This document shows positions 13,082-27,400 of a stretch of 64,000 bases of DNA, one piece after another. A model generated the notes under the pieces. That model had not been told where the DNA came from. It worked only from the letters and a program-made list of their open reading frames with translations, and did not search any database. This DNA is from Zygnema circumcarinatum SAG 698-1b (lineage: Eukaryota > Plantae > Zygnematophyceae): NCBI GenBank assembly GCA_037447605.1, contig CM074808.1, positions 3,596,001 through 3,660,000 on the forward strand, given 5' to 3'. A program made the translations under genes and the position numbers. Numbering within the stretch: position 1 is the stretch's first letter; each line of letters starts with the position of its first letter.

Positions 13082-13514
13082 ACTTTCCTTCAAAGGATAA
13101 AGAGGTAAATAGTGTGTCCGCCTTTTTTTCAATCTAATGCACGACGTCCGCTGCCCTTGTGACGTCACTTCAAACCGACGTCACCGTCGGTCACGTCCTG
13201 GCGGAGTGTCGAACTGCTCTGTTGCAACCGCGACCGCGACCGACGTTGCCAGCGTGGATACACGTGGACATTTATCACTGACATGGCGTATCCAACGTCG
13301 TCACGTGGCACTATGCGCGAAAGTCATCAAATGCTTGGAAAGTTCGAACCCGAAACGTTGCCTTTGATCCATTGCGGACTGCCATCCTACGTGGACCAAT
13401 TGGAACGCCCCACGTTGAACAATGTGTCACGTGACTTGTTACCATTGGCTGAATCCCCCTTAGGGAACCTGCGTTGTGTCCTGCACCTCTGCAGATTCTT
13501 GCAGCTCGCAGGCC

Positions 13515-16259
13515 ATGGCTGCAGTGATTCCTGGAAGGCTGTCTTGGCTTCAGGGAGCAAGATGCAAGGTGAACAAATAACAATGGCCTTATGATATTGA
13601 AGCTCATTGAATTTTTTACGTTTGTTGCACGGACTGATGGCCGGGCTATCTGGTTTTTACGGCCATTTTTTAAGAATGGAATGGAATGTTTGACTTTTCT
13701 CGGAAGCGATTTTCTGCTTCCTGTTGGCCAAGGTTGAAGCTGTTTCGTTTGATGCTCGTAAGGAGTATGTTTTTTCGCGACCTGTTGACGGGTATGCGTG
13801 CGCAATTGACTGCATAGCATGTCCCTAGAGTCCACTTTGTCAGTTGTTGTACGTTTCTGCTATTTTTGTTAGGGAAGCCACTAAATTGTTTCGCAGAAAT
13901 AAATTTAATGCTTCTATTTGAAATCTATTTTTTGAAAGCTGTGTTTTGATCAGTCAGTCACAGCTGAACACAAGCTTGAACAGTTTTGCAGCGGGACGAG
14001 CATGACGAGGTTTTTGCTCAACAACAGTAGCGTTCGCTATCTAACTTTGGTTGAAGGGGAATATTGCGCCCATTGCTGCAGGGTATTGAATTATCTGACA
14101 GTTGCCATCGTCTTTGCGGCATAAAATCCACTTCGGTGCGCACTCCCCTGAAGGTCTCCCCTCATCATCTCAATGATTTCCTTCTTGCAAGCATTCTACT
14201 TTGGTTGACTTGTTGTTCCAATGAATCATACAGTCGTAAGCTTAGTGCTTTTGGAACGTCTCGCTCAAGCTATGATGCAAACTCGTTTTGTGTTGTATTT
14301 TCTATAGCAGGCAAACCAGCGCGGGTTGCGACTGAAGGTCTCAGCCATGGAAAATCAAGGAGAGTGAGTGGCCTCCTTTCTATGCTGGGAATGGTGCAAG
14401 GACACGTTGCGCGGCTTGAGGTGGTCTGACAAGCTGATGTGTACAATTGTTTTGTCTTATGAAACAAGTAGAGCGAGGAATTTTTGGACATCGCCCATGA
14501 AAAGAATATAGGATTTTTTTCTGAAAGGGAGTAGAAGAGTTCCAGGTCGTACACCTGTCATATATTCAGCATGTACATAGAAGCAATACTAATCTATTTA
14601 GCTTTACTGTCGTTCCATTTAACGTCTGCTTTTTTTTGTATGTTTAAACTCGCATTTCAAATTTTTAATGATGCAGCATGTATACACGAATAATCATTCT
14701 ACTCTGAATACAGGAAACTCGCAGTTGCGGCCAAATGCTTATTGTATCAAGAATGTGTTTTTTTGGAGTCGCAGGGAAAACCATTTTCGGTTTCTGCAGT
14801 GGTTTCGCAACAATCAGCCGCCACCTGCCGAGCATGCCCAGCCAGGTAAGCAATACAGCATTTGGCAGTGATTCTCTGTTGACTGATGGAGAATAAGTTC
14901 AATGTAGAAAATGCTAAAACTATTTTGAGCGTCTAATTTGAAAGCATTCTAGCTCGCTAGGGTTGTATGAGTCTCGCTTTCACTTCCTGCAATACTTCAT
15001 TGATTGAAAGCAATGTTGTAATGCGTTCATGTGCATACTGCATTTGCTCCTGCAGTGTGATGTATAGGAAGCGAATTTACATCTAACTGGTCCCCATGGA
15101 GTCTCATAGTCAATGTTTACCAAACCTCGTAATGTCTGAGCATGTTATAACAGAGAAGTTGCAAGGGCCTTTAGCCCACAAAGTTGTGAAGGGAGATACC
15201 ATTGACGTCATTGCTAAGAAGTACCATCAAGATCCTCAAGTCATTCTTGAGGTATGCACTCACTCCATATGGCTTTCTTGGCAGTTCAAACCGGAAAACG
15301 TGCCTTGTAAACAGTCTTTTCACGTGCAACACTCACTTGGAGGTCCTACAGTGGATTGTTGGCATTAGGTCTTGAATATGTCTAGCAACAACTGAAGTTG
15401 GGATAGGGAGCTTGTGAGAGCTAAGGTGGGAGAATGTGATAGCGCTATTTGATGGACTCTGGCATTCCTTTGAATTCCAACCTTGCTTGAGAATATTAAT
15501 AACTCGTAAATTTGTTGTGGCACCCTCCCGCTTTTGTTTTTAGGCAAATGACATATTGCACCCAGACAACCTTGCCATTGGCCAGCTCATCGTGGTGCCT
15601 TTAACTTATAAAATTAAGAAGGTATGAATTCCTGACCTCGTTCTTACTTCATGCTTGTGCTTTCGATCCTCTGGAACTCGCTCTGTTCCTTATTCTTCAG
15701 CGAGTTCCAGAGAGATTCTGCTGTAAAGCCTAATCATTATGATTTTTCATGAACTTCCTGGCTGTATCACTGCGTGGTGTTTGTGAGCGTTCCTGCAGGG
15801 AGACACTCTCTACTCGCTTGCCAAAAAATTTGGTATTTCCATAGCAAAACTGCAAGAAGCAAATGGAATAAAGAATATCGACAAGATATATGAAGGTGGG
15901 CTTGGCAACGTCATATCAGATCCAAAATGTCTCCTTTGCTGTCAATTTTTTTTGGTTCGTGGCCGTAAGTTTCATCATTCTCCGTTGTTGGGAATAGTTG
16001 TTATTCTGTTGGCTTCCAACTTTAGAATGTTGTAAGGTTTTCAGTAAATCTTGCAGCATTCTTCCTGCCTCTGAAGAAGAGATGCAGAGATGCTTGCAGA
16101 TAGTACCGATTCGTCAACCTAAATGTATGATGACTTGCATCCAAGGTCTGCTGAGAAAAAGAATGTCTGACAGTAAAAATGGACCGCTGCTTGATTGCAG
16201 GTGATGTAATTGTGATTCCTCAGGAAGCCGAAGTGTCAGGACTCGGAATGTTGAGCTGA
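13515..16259 (+). CDS. Two-LysM-domain protein (~187 aa) with a transit-peptide-like N-terminus
   Basis: Exons 13515-13568, 14082-14135, 14311-14363, 14775-14845, 15154-15251, 15544-15621, 15799-15895 and 16201-16259 join in frame. LysM1 HKVVKGDTIDVIAKKY..ILEANDILHPDNLAIGQLIVVP; LysM2 YKIKKGDTLYSLAKKFGISIAKLQEANGIKNIDKIYEGDVIVIP. The 3' exons are secure; the first two exons are less certain. Confidence 0.8.
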
Positions 16260-17469
16260 GCCGATTGAACAATGGGGTTTCGAATCTAATGGAGGAGGAG
16301 ATTTTGTGAAGGTGTTAGATTTTTCCATATCACTGTGTTCATGTCTACACCTATGTGAGATGATTAGGAAGACGTGCAAGTCATGGTGTTGCCAACGATT
16401 ATCACCTTGTACAGAAATGTGTATTGTAGTAGTTTGTTCTGCACCAAGAATATACTATTCGCTTTCTGATGAAATGATACTTAAAAGTCATTCTAGTGCA
16501 AAGCGGCGCTTAATTGAATAAAAAGTGGCTTATGGTTCATTTCAGGTCTTAGGCTGAAGGCTATGATGTGTGTAAATGTATGGCTGTCATCTTATATAGA
16601 GATGAAAAGAATATGGGTGAGTTCATAAAATGGAAAATGGCCATCTGTAGGTCAACGAACGCAAGATGCAACGAGGATCGTTGGGTGTACGGAAGCAAAG
16701 TATTCTACGCATGGTCTACGCATGGTCTACGCATGCTTTACCCTGCATCTTAGTTTTTTCTGGCATTAGAGCGTGCCAGACTTTGACATCGAGCTGCGAG
16801 ATGTATCTCAAGCGTAGCACTTTCTGAGTTGACCCGTTCTTCTAAATTCGTTGGAGAGTTTGTGCTAGTTTCAAATATTGCATTCTTGGGAAATGTTTCA
16901 AGGCTTGACATGCCTTAGTGGCCTTCTCATACGCCGCAGTTCGCAGTTAGCTATTGATCTGCAGACAACCCTCCGAGCTGCAGAGGCTACACCTCTGCAA
17001 ATTGGTAGCGGGAAAAGACGATCTAATAAGAAATAGAATATTTTTGGAGTTTTTAGGGTTCAACTTTCTCCAACCGGTTGAACCTCCGGAGTTGAAATCC
17101 TCCAGTATTTGTACAAAAGCGATGGAACATTCTACCGGCCATGGTCAATTGCAGCTTTCTTTGCATTCACGGATCAGCAATGAGATTGTGCCTTTCTCAC
17201 CATATGATGATGCAATGCTTCACCACTAACAAATGACGGAATTTTACTAACAACACCTTTCTCGAAACGGCCTGTGTTAAAAAAACCTCATTTTATTATC
17301 ACGAGTTTCCATACTCTACTACCATGCGCGACAAATCTTCGGCATTCACTTTCTTCTGTTTCTTCCACGACGAAGAAAAACGAGAAAGAAAAAATGCACA
17401 TAAAGTACAACAAATATACTTTTTGAATGGAACCTGGACACCATTCGAATTTTCTCACATCACAAAATT

Positions 17470-20400
17470 TTAACCTGCTAATGTCGAATTAAACAGATTG
17501 AACGTGTACTGCTGCAGCTGCACCACGTCCCTCGGATGCGCGTACCCGGTGTTGTTCTGACGCAGATTCGTCAGATTTGCTTGTATTGCCTGTGCCATTC
17601 GACCCACACATCGGTAGAAAAAAAAAATGTATTCAGCAAATGCAATTCCATCATTTGCATTCACCTTTGAAGCACTTCAAAATCCCCTCAAGCCAATCAG
17701 GGCATGCGATTACGACTTTATCAAGGATAAAGTGATAAAGTCATGTACCTGCAATTGAGTTGACAATGCGGGCAACCCCGCGGCCGAGCTGTTGAGCTGC
17801 GCGACCATTGACGTGATTTCTCCAAACAAGACCTTGTTGACGGCGTTGATGTCATCTGAGGCGACTTTCGAGGCTCCGTACACTCCGAAGGAAGCGAGAA
17901 GTCCCGCCACGACGCCGGCAATGATAAGCGTCAAAACCCACCCGAAGAATGTCTGCAGAGGTTTCCCAATAGAAAAAAATGGTCAACACATGTGGAACCT
18001 TTCTTTTCCCAGGAAATAAAAAAGGAGGGGGGGGGGGGGGGGGGGGGGNNNNNNNNNNGGGGGTGGGGTGATTTTTTCAAAGCGCTGAGTTTTTATTGTT
18101 ATGCAGTTGCGTCTTTAAGTTGAAGTTTCTAAATGTTTTTTCCGATTGACCGCTGGATGTATGGTATGTGCCGCAACGCTCACCCTCAAAAGGACAAGCC
18201 AGTTCACTCCCCTGAAGCCCTCAAACAGCCCGATGGCTAAGATGGCTCCTGTGATGACTTGGGTGGTTGATACCGGGAGTCCTGTACGCACCAAAACGGA
18301 AAAAAGAAACAAATTGAGACCATGAAATGACTGATCGTGGCATGATTAGCATAGTGTCCGCCTCCTCTCATGATAAATTTTTCATTTTTTGCACTACATA
18401 CGGAAAATGTGCTTATCCCTTCGACAAGAGCGGAGAAGAGGGATTTAATCGCCAGCAGAATCTCTGCTGTCCACTAGGCTAAGGTTGGTGTGGAGCCAGG
18501 TAACATAATGAAGGGAAAGGGGAGAAAAACAGTGAAAGAAACAAACTCCGAAAACTTACCATATCGCGAGGCCAACAACACCACAACGGCAGTTGAAAGT
18601 TCAGCCGAGAACCCTCGAGAGTTCGTCAGTTTCGCCACCTTTACACCGAGGACGCGCATGATTTTATATCCAAAAGTGGCAAGGCCCAGCACAATACCAG
18701 CGCCACCTGTTTCCCAAAAGCCCGTGAATGCCATGAATTTCCATGGACAATAATGCAATATGAATGCGCTTCTACTTAAAGCAGGGAAGGAGGTGGTTGC
18801 TCCACAGAAGCAGCAAGATTACCAAGAGCATAAATCCACTGAGGCACGGGTGCTTTTTTGGGAACTTGCTGTGTCCGCCAAATCGCATAAATTGCTGCAT
18901 AGGGTCCGACTGCATTCGCAACGTCATTGGATCCGTGAGCGAAGGAGACGACCATGGCGCTGAAAACCTGGTAAGAAAACGAGGTCGAACGGCCACTCAT
19001 TAGTTTTCGTGTACATGTGTTTTCTTGGACGACTTTAGTTAGAAGCTTGAAATTTCTTATGAGCTTCCATATTGTGGATACAAGAGGGTGCCAAGACAAG
19101 ACAAGAGGTGTCAAAATTACCTGGAGGTAGCGGAAAAGTCTTTCAGTCTTATAGTCAAAGACCTCCGCATGCTCCCATACTGCAGTTGTGGCAACATCTG
19201 TGCCGATTACACCATGCACTTCGTATGTGGAACCCTGCACGTCGCATCACATCACATCCAATAACCCTCATGTCAAGGAAAATCAAGAACACAAATCACT
19301 TCAGTTCAATGACCCAAATCATTAATAGACCAGTAGTCTTCCATAGTAATGAATCTTCAAAGGAGCCCATAGAGGGAGGCCAAGTTATCATACATATGTG
19401 ACGGCCCGAGTAATGGGATTTTGCGTCAATAAGCGTCCAAATTTTGTGTCCGTAGAAAAGTTACGCCATCTTTCGGTAATGCGACTGCCAAAGGTACCTG
19501 CATAAAGGCTCAACGAGTATTTGTTAAAGAAAGTTCGAAATGACGTGAAGCATATAGATCTGAAACATAAGCCAGTCACCCATATTTTAAAGCCTACCTC
19601 AAGTTTTCCAGGATCTATTCACTTTAATCTTCTCGCGAAATGCACGGGTGAAGGATGTACTTACTATTAGTTCCCTCCAAATTCACGTCTTGCATTCCTG
19701 GTTGACCTGTTCCTCCTGGCTCCATCTTCCCCTCTTCGATCGCCTTCTGTCTGCAAAATTCCCCACAGCCACCGTCAAAAAGAAAGCATTTCAGAAAAAT
19801 TACAGAAGCCCATGGCTGTATCGGTAAATCGGCTTCGATTCAGCAAAGGCACTATTGATTACTGCAATATAGAAGCTGCTCAGAAGTTGCTCCTCGACGC
19901 TTTCATGACCTCAATTGCGACTGTAGCCACACACTTTTTACCTGCTTAGATAGGAGGAATCTCCCTACCTATTCATTTCATCCTCCTCACGGTTCACGGC
20001 TCTCCTTAAAATGGGCATCACTATCAGAAGCGTCAGTACTCCAAGTGGGACAGCGCAAGCGACTGAAATCCATACTGCCTTGCCATCGGACACTTTGTCC
20101 CAACTTGCGTTCTTGTTTCCGGTTTGAATAATGAAAAGTACAATGATGAAGAACGTGAGGGCAACGAAAGCAGGCAACAGCTGCGCATTCCCCCACCAGG
20201 AAGGACAAGGGTGTGAGCATATCACACAGGGAAAATAAAAGAAAATAAGGAAACTTCATGACTTTACGTCACTTCTCTCTCCGTAGTGCTCTTACAGTTC
20301 TTTCAGAAGGTCCATTTAGATCGGACAGACAAAAGTATAAGACGAAATATGAAAGTTTCTCACTTACATAGAAGCCTCGAGTGAAGCTGTGACGTGATCG

Positions 20401-21558
20401 CAAAATAAATGTGCGAATAAATCCGAATAGGATAAGAACACATATGCCAGCGAGGATAGGTGAAACGATCCAAGAAAGGAAAATCGGCGTCATACCCTCC
20501 AGATATGGAAAGTCATGTATTCTCCGCGACCATATGACTGCATTTGCACCCCGTATAGCAATTGCCATTCCGACAATAGCACCGACTGTCGCTCATGCAC
20601 AGGCAACACACAACACACAAGACACACGTCAATCGTGACAGATTGTGGTTACCTATTGTGGCATGTCCGGTTATCGCTAAATTTGAATCAAAAAATGCCA
20701 ACATGACATCTATATATTTCATTATATTTCCAAATAACCAACTGTTACCGTCACTTTTCAGAGCGCCACAAGACAATCGTAATTTTTTCTCCTGAAATGC
20801 GTTCTCCATACCTGTTGTGTGAGTTGTTGAAACTGGGAGCTCTAGCTGACACGCCAAATTATCCCAAAATGCAGCGGCAACCATCACACAGAGGAAACCG
20901 TACATCAAAAGGTCTGCAGTCACGATGCCAACAATAAAAGTTAGAAAAAAGCAAACAGGAAAACGCCTGACTTCGCTCGAATCCTGACGATTTCTTCAGA
21001 TGCAACTTTATAAAAGATGCTTAGCGAACGATTTCTACAGAGGACGAACCTGGCGAAGTTTGAAACTTCGTAACATCTGCAATTCCACTCTTTATTGTTG
21101 AAGTGACCCCTGCTCCAAGGCCCATAGCTCCCGAGAACTCGCAAACGGCAGCAACAAGGACGGCTTGGCCTATGGTCAGGGCCTTAGCTCCAACGGACGA
21201 ACCAAATGAGTTTGCCTGCGTGGCGCACACCAAGTGATTGATAGCGTAAAACTACTTTTTTTTTCTAAAACGAAAATACCACATGCATGTTCGCAACAGC
21301 ATGCGCACAATAAATCTCTTTGTTAGTGCACTCTGTGTTTTTCTCCACTGGATCATTTTTACCTGCGCTGCAACATAGGGATAAGGGCTGAGACGGGTGG
21401 AGGTAGGCAGCGACTATTACTCGTGATCTAACAGCAAGAGAGAAAAGCAGCAAGCAAATACTTACCACATCATTTGCTCCTATTCCAAACGCACAGGCGA
21501 ATGAGACGATTGTCGAAACCGCGAATATCCACGTGTACGTATCATAATGAAGATCCAT
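17470..21558 (-). CDS. PHO4/PiT-family phosphate transporter, algal PTB-type (likely Na+/Pi symporter)
   Basis: N-terminal signature FGIGANDV|ANSFGSSVG; LPVSTTHT; C-terminal signature SFAHGSNDVANAVGP; LTNSRGFSAELSTA; GLPVSTT. It starts MDLHYDTYTWIF with no transit peptide, unlike plastid PHT2;1. Multi-exon: first exon 21466-21558, stop at 17470. Confidence 0.9.
18049..18058. other. Assembly gap (10 N) next to a poly-G run in a transporter intron
   Basis: N characters in the sequence. Confidence 0.99.
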
Positions 21559-24470
21559 GTCAGCTTATGCTGCCTCTGTTGGACAGCTCACGACAAAAAA
21601 CCACCGCTTCAGCGCACTTCAAAGGAGCGAGACAAAGAGCAAGGGAGAAGGAGAGTGAGGAGGAGGAGCAGGGGAGAGGAGAGAAGAGAAAGAGAGAGGA
21701 GAAGAGGAGGAGAGGAGGTAGGATAAGACACACAGAAGTAAGGATGCCGATTGAAGGGACTACAGCGGAGTGAGGATGACAAAACGACAGAGTAAACGAA
21801 AAACCTATTCAATTTTTTTTTAAGGGATTCAAAAGCTTCTGCTCAACGTACATCTTGAGTCATTTTACAAGGAGCATATCGATTCAAGCAAGTGGCCATT
21901 ATGACACTGTCGAACGATTTTCCAATTTTTTTCCAAAAAAATAAAAATATCAGCATAAAGCGCAGCAGCAGCAGTATCAGCTGAAGATATGGAAAGGTCA
22001 GCTGAGAAACCTTTCTATAACAAGCAGGCAACCCTTGATTCCTTAGCGACTCTTCTAATACGTCTTGAATAAAGCGTATCATCATTTGAGCTGAACAACA
22101 GGCTTCCGATCTGCATAATATATGCAGGAATGCATTCAAAGGGCTCGCTTGCAAACTCTAGAAAATTTCTCTCGACGCAAAAATATTCCAAAAATCACCA
22201 GCAAACCAAAAACAGGCATAATCTGATTCCTTGGCTACGTATCTAGTGCGTATCGAACAAAGCATTTCATCATCAAGTTGAACAGAAAAATATCAGTTTC
22301 GTTCCGCAAAACATCTGCGGGAAAACATTTGCAGTGCAAGAGCTCACTTGCAAGCTCCTGCAACGACTTGCAGAGCTCCAAACTTTCTCCAAACTGCAAA
22401 CTGCAAACTTTCACAAACTCGAGTTTTTTGAAACAAACCCGGCCAAACAGAAAAAAAAAAGGCCAAAAAGGTAAAATCAAGTACAGGTTCAGCGCTTCTG
22501 ATTGGCGCTGGCTCAGCCACGTCACTCACCTTTTTTTTTCTCCCTTTTTTTCCCAAAAAAAAGTAAAAAAGAGTATAATTAGGGGCCTCCCCGACGGTGG
22601 CCACAAATCTCGCAGGAAGGGAGGATTCCTCGCTTTATACAATTCTTTTTTGGGACAAAACTTTTTTTTTGCTGCGCGCCGCGGGGAGTTCGACACACAG
22701 AAATTATTTCAGCATACATTAGGGCACATTAAAAAAATTATGACTCGGACAATTATTTACAACATTGGGCCATCTTTCCCATTTTGCCCCAAACGGTTTT
22801 TTTTAAATCGCAAAACGACATGACGACGGGAAATTTTATGGCTGCCCGGCGCTGGTCTTCTTGGAGAAGCGCCGACCGAAAAAAACGCGACGCCAAATGC
22901 TCGCCAAAGATTTCTCCTTTGGCGCTGCTGCCGCGTGGCATTTGCATGAGCGCCTTGTACACGTGGCAGTCCAAAAACAGGCCTGCCGACAGCTGCACCG
23001 ACATGAGGGGGCAGGAGAATCCGCCACGTGGCGCTTGTCCACCGCCCGGCAGCTTTTGGGCCCAAAAATGTCGGCCACCGATCACTTCGGGGAATCTTTT
23101 TCTCGAAGATGCCGCCCTGATGCGGATCTTCCGGAAGGCTGACAGTGACGGGCTCACGTGACGACAAAAAAAGTGGCGCTCCATGTTGGTAACGGAACTG
23201 AGCATGTCTCTGTACATCCCGTACATTCCCGTAAATCTCTACGGGGAACGGCTACATATAGCCAGTAATAACACGTGAGCAGTACAATTGGATGGGCAGG
23301 CAAACCATGGCTATCGCCAATGGTTGGTAAACAACCAACCGCCGATGGCCATTTGAAGCCCGCTCTTGGAGTGACCAAAAGCGGTTCGATCGATGGCAAG
23401 CAGCGCACAAAGTGGCAGTTTCGGCGCGGAATAGGATGCAAGCAGCCGATGAATCTGGATCGGATATGGTGGAACATTCATTGCAAGTCTCGCGATCACG
23501 CACTCTCGACACTGACGGTTGGACGTAGAAACTTGTTATTTACCTGTTGGGAATTTCAACATTGGCACTCGTGTTCGGTTACGTATTTGAAATTGGAATC
23601 CGTATTATCTACGCTTCGGATCTTCATTGAAGAGCAGTACGGAGTTTGATTTCACTAACTAAAGTATTTTCTAAGATTGAAACTCCCCTCATGCAGGCTC
23701 AACCTCGAAATCACTCAGTCTTGCGAGCTTCACCTTCGATGTCCTGGTGACTTCATGGTGCCTGTAAGAAGTAAAAGCCATGTATTGCTCAAGCCTTAGT
23801 GGCTTAACACATTTGAGAGCTACCCACCAACCGTCTCTTCTTTTCTCCTCTGCGTAACAACGCAAACAACTAATCGATTGTCCAAAACATTTCAGATAGT
23901 CCACACATAATGCCAAAACCACGCCCATCGGCTCAGAATGACAAATAGCAAAACTCTCAGAAAACTCGTTTAAATAGAATACTTTGTCATATACTTTCCC
24001 AGTAACAAGCTGTAAGCAAAATTAAGCAATTAGACCTAAACATTTCCGGCGCGAAGGGGGGCTCATGCAGCTTGACATGGTGCCCCATGATCCACAAACT
24101 TTCCTTGTAAGCTCAATGTCCTAGAAAAAGCGTGAGTATAACCTCCAAAAAAGTAGATCTACAACATCTCCAGCTTCATAAATGTTTGGATAAAACAAGA
24201 AACTAATACTAATTATGTCCCCTAACTATACACACACACACAGAGGGGGGGGACGGGGAGAGAGGCAGGCAAATGGGGACAAAACTAGTTCCGTTGGGAC
24301 CTTCAGTGGCTCCATACTCTTCGCCAAATGACATCGTCAAAATTGCACAAACTGCGTAGACTTCAATGTATAATTTCGTGAGGATGCTCAACTCCTTGAA
24401 AGAGAGTGAAAGAGAAAGCGAGAGAGAGTTAGAGAAAGAGAGAGGGGGGGGGGGAGAGAGAGGGACTCTC

Positions 24471-27400
24471 TCATTCCACAACAAGGAGGTTGTTTGCAGA
24501 GAGCCCCGATCCAACAGTCTCCCAGCCGGGAGCGATTCTCCACTCCCCATCCACGAGGAACTTCAACTCATATCTGCAGAGCACATAAGTGCAAGTTCAA
24601 GAAGTCAAGTACCATCAACATAAGAAGCCAAATGCTGAAGTCAGAACCCAAAAAAAGGCCAACAATGATATGATATGAAGTAAATATTAAAGCGCGTTCG
24701 TTGTACCTTCCAGGCCTAAGTTTCAAAGTGGCAGTGAAGCGCGTATATGTGCCAGTGGATTCTGGAGACATCTGCTCTCCATATAGCCAGTTATCAAAGG
24801 ACCCCATCACCTTCACATCCTGCAAGCATAAAAATATGTGGAGGAGGTAAGTAGAGTCATGTGCTAAGAAACAGGAGAGACGTCATCCTCATCTCTCTCT
24901 CTCTCACTCTCTCTCCCTCGTCCACCCACTCTCTCTCTCTCTCACCAAGAAGCCAGGAAGATCTCTCTGATGAAAAGATGCCCATCAAGGTGGAAACTGG
25001 AAGCATTGTGCATGCAGGTTTGCAGTGAGGTTTGTCTATACAATGGCTGCGTTATCCGGCAAAAAATGTTTGAGTCAAAAGAAGTCAAACCCGGGAATGA
25101 AACACAGCCATTGCTTTGCTTTTGCACGTCAGTGTATGCGCGCTTCAGCATCTGCAGCCTTTCGAGCTTCAGATTCAACGGCAAGATTGAAACGTGCACC
25201 TCTTTTGAGGTTCAAGTGGAAAATCTTAAAAAAACATGTTAAATATTGGGGGGTGAAAATGATGATGATGATTGTATCACAAATGAATTAAGTAGACATC
25301 GTTTTCCTTTTGGATTAAGTGGGAACACTTCGGAAAACAAGGAATTGTAGAGTCTTTGAGATTGTCAATCTTTAACAGTGTGCAAAGCAATATCGGGGCT
25401 TCAACTCTGCAAGATTTCATCTTTTATGGATGATCTAACGCAGGAAATCAGCTCTTACCTCCGCCATTCCGTACCACTCCACTGCCACATCCCGCAGATA
25501 CAATGCGTCCACTCCTGTTGTGTGGCCCTTCATTGTGTTGTGCAATTCTGTCCCAAAATAACCGAAATTACGAAAAGCATGCAATGTTAAATCACGGCGC
25601 TTTCCTGCTTCACATGTTGAGATTCCCAGTCCAATTCTTCATATATAGGCCTTCACAGTCAGATTTGAACTGAAAACTGTGAGAACCAATACAGCAGCAA
25701 AAAAAAGGACACCTGAAAGGAGTATTTCATTATTTACTATATACTCACATAAGTTTCAAACTAACAGAAATTATGGGCAAAGAAGGCGCCAAAATGCGAG
25801 CGCTAAGAGCTATATTCCATTAACAACGGTGAACCAATCTTCATGTACTGACTTTCTGTCTTATTGAAGGCTTTCCAAGTAGCCATCACATACATGCAGC
25901 ATGAATGCAGTAACGTTAGATGCTACAAGAATGAGTTGCATTGAGGCAAATAGAAGGAAAGAATAAGCTTCATCTTCTAAGGTGGTCCGACCCACAAGAC
26001 ATTGTCGACAAAACGAAAACTATCAGAACCAGCTTTTCTCGGTATCTTCCAATAAAGACTTTCTTCTCATCTCCAACAAAATGATTGGGGGATGAGAGGC
26101 CAAAAAAACTCACCCTCCAGCTTAAAGGCCATATGGGAGTACACAAATCTTCCGTTTATTTTCATCGTAGAAGCTTTGGATCCCTGCATAGCCACATCCT
26201 TTGCTAAAGCAGCTAACGCCTGAAAAACCCCAAATGCCCTTAATTTTTCTTAGTAATAGCCCCTCTCCCATTTTCGGAAAGCCAACTTCCACTTCCCTCC
26301 CTCCCCCCCCCCCTCTCTCCCCCCCCCCCCCCCGCTCCGACAGACTCTCTCTCCCTTTCTCGCTTCTCACCTTCAACTCTGCTTCCATGGAAGCGAGCTC
26401 TGACTTGTAAGTATTCAAAGCCTCTTCTCTCTGTTGAAGCTGCACACCTCCCCCAGACACACAAGGTTGGTTCTTGAGTCAGTTCCGTTTCCCGAAACAG
26501 CAATTGCAGACAGTTGAAAGATCAGCCCAAAATCTGGAACTTCAATCTAAAAAAAAATCAGCCTAAAATCAGCCTTTCCAACTTTTTGCCACAAAATTTG
26601 AGCGATAATTTGAGAATTTCGGAAACTGTACAGACCTCGCGTTGGAGGTGGCGGTTATATGCGTTCGCCTCACTGAGCTTCGTATTCAGTCTCCTTCTCA
26701 AAGCTATTAACTGCATATCAAGGTGCAGGAGAAAGAGTAAGCAGACTGCGGTAGACAGAGAGTGAGAGAGAGAGTGAGAGTGAGAGGGGAGGTAGGTCGG
26801 AAACAGACAAACTTGCGTCAATTCGGCACAACGTTCACATTTGTGGCACACTTTGCAGATGCTTAAATCCTCCAAATAGAAATGATGAGCCTTGACCCAT
26901 CTCGCATGCAGAAGACATACTTCTTTCGGATGCACAATACCGCCAACTTTACAATATTGACTTGTGCCTCTGCTCCAGTGAGCAGGGGAACAGATTCACA
27001 AGTTTATTCACACTATTCTACATGCTATTTCAGAATCATTTTTTGGATATGCAACGAAAGCGAGATGATCCCGAGGATACTCTTGGAAGCTTCCTCGTCA
27101 CCACCGCTTGATTCCAAGTTTTGATAACCACATTACATCGTCTTCAAAGCAAAAAAACTCTCCTTTCCATGTCTTCTCTCCTCTCCTCCATCCCTCTATC
27201 CTTCCCGCCTTCCCTCCCTCCTCCCTTCCTACAGTTTGGAAGCAGCACAAACGCACCTCCGTTTGATCAACTAATACTGGAGCCGCTTTCACATCATCTG
27301 TGGACTGAGCAGTCCCATTTGATCTCCATCCTGAAGCAGCATCAGCAACCGCAATCCTCTGCACGGACCGGCTCGCCGAATTCGAGGATGCTGCACTCCC

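Noticed and set aside
21523-21530. P1BS-like GAATATCC in the phosphate transporter gene
   Set aside because: It lies within coding exon 1. I found no exact GNATATNC in the proximal upstream region.
22235-23650. Cluster of overlapping 90-180-aa ORFs upstream of the transporter
   Set aside because: No recognisable protein motifs or consistent exon chain; the region looks like motif-rich intergenic DNA.
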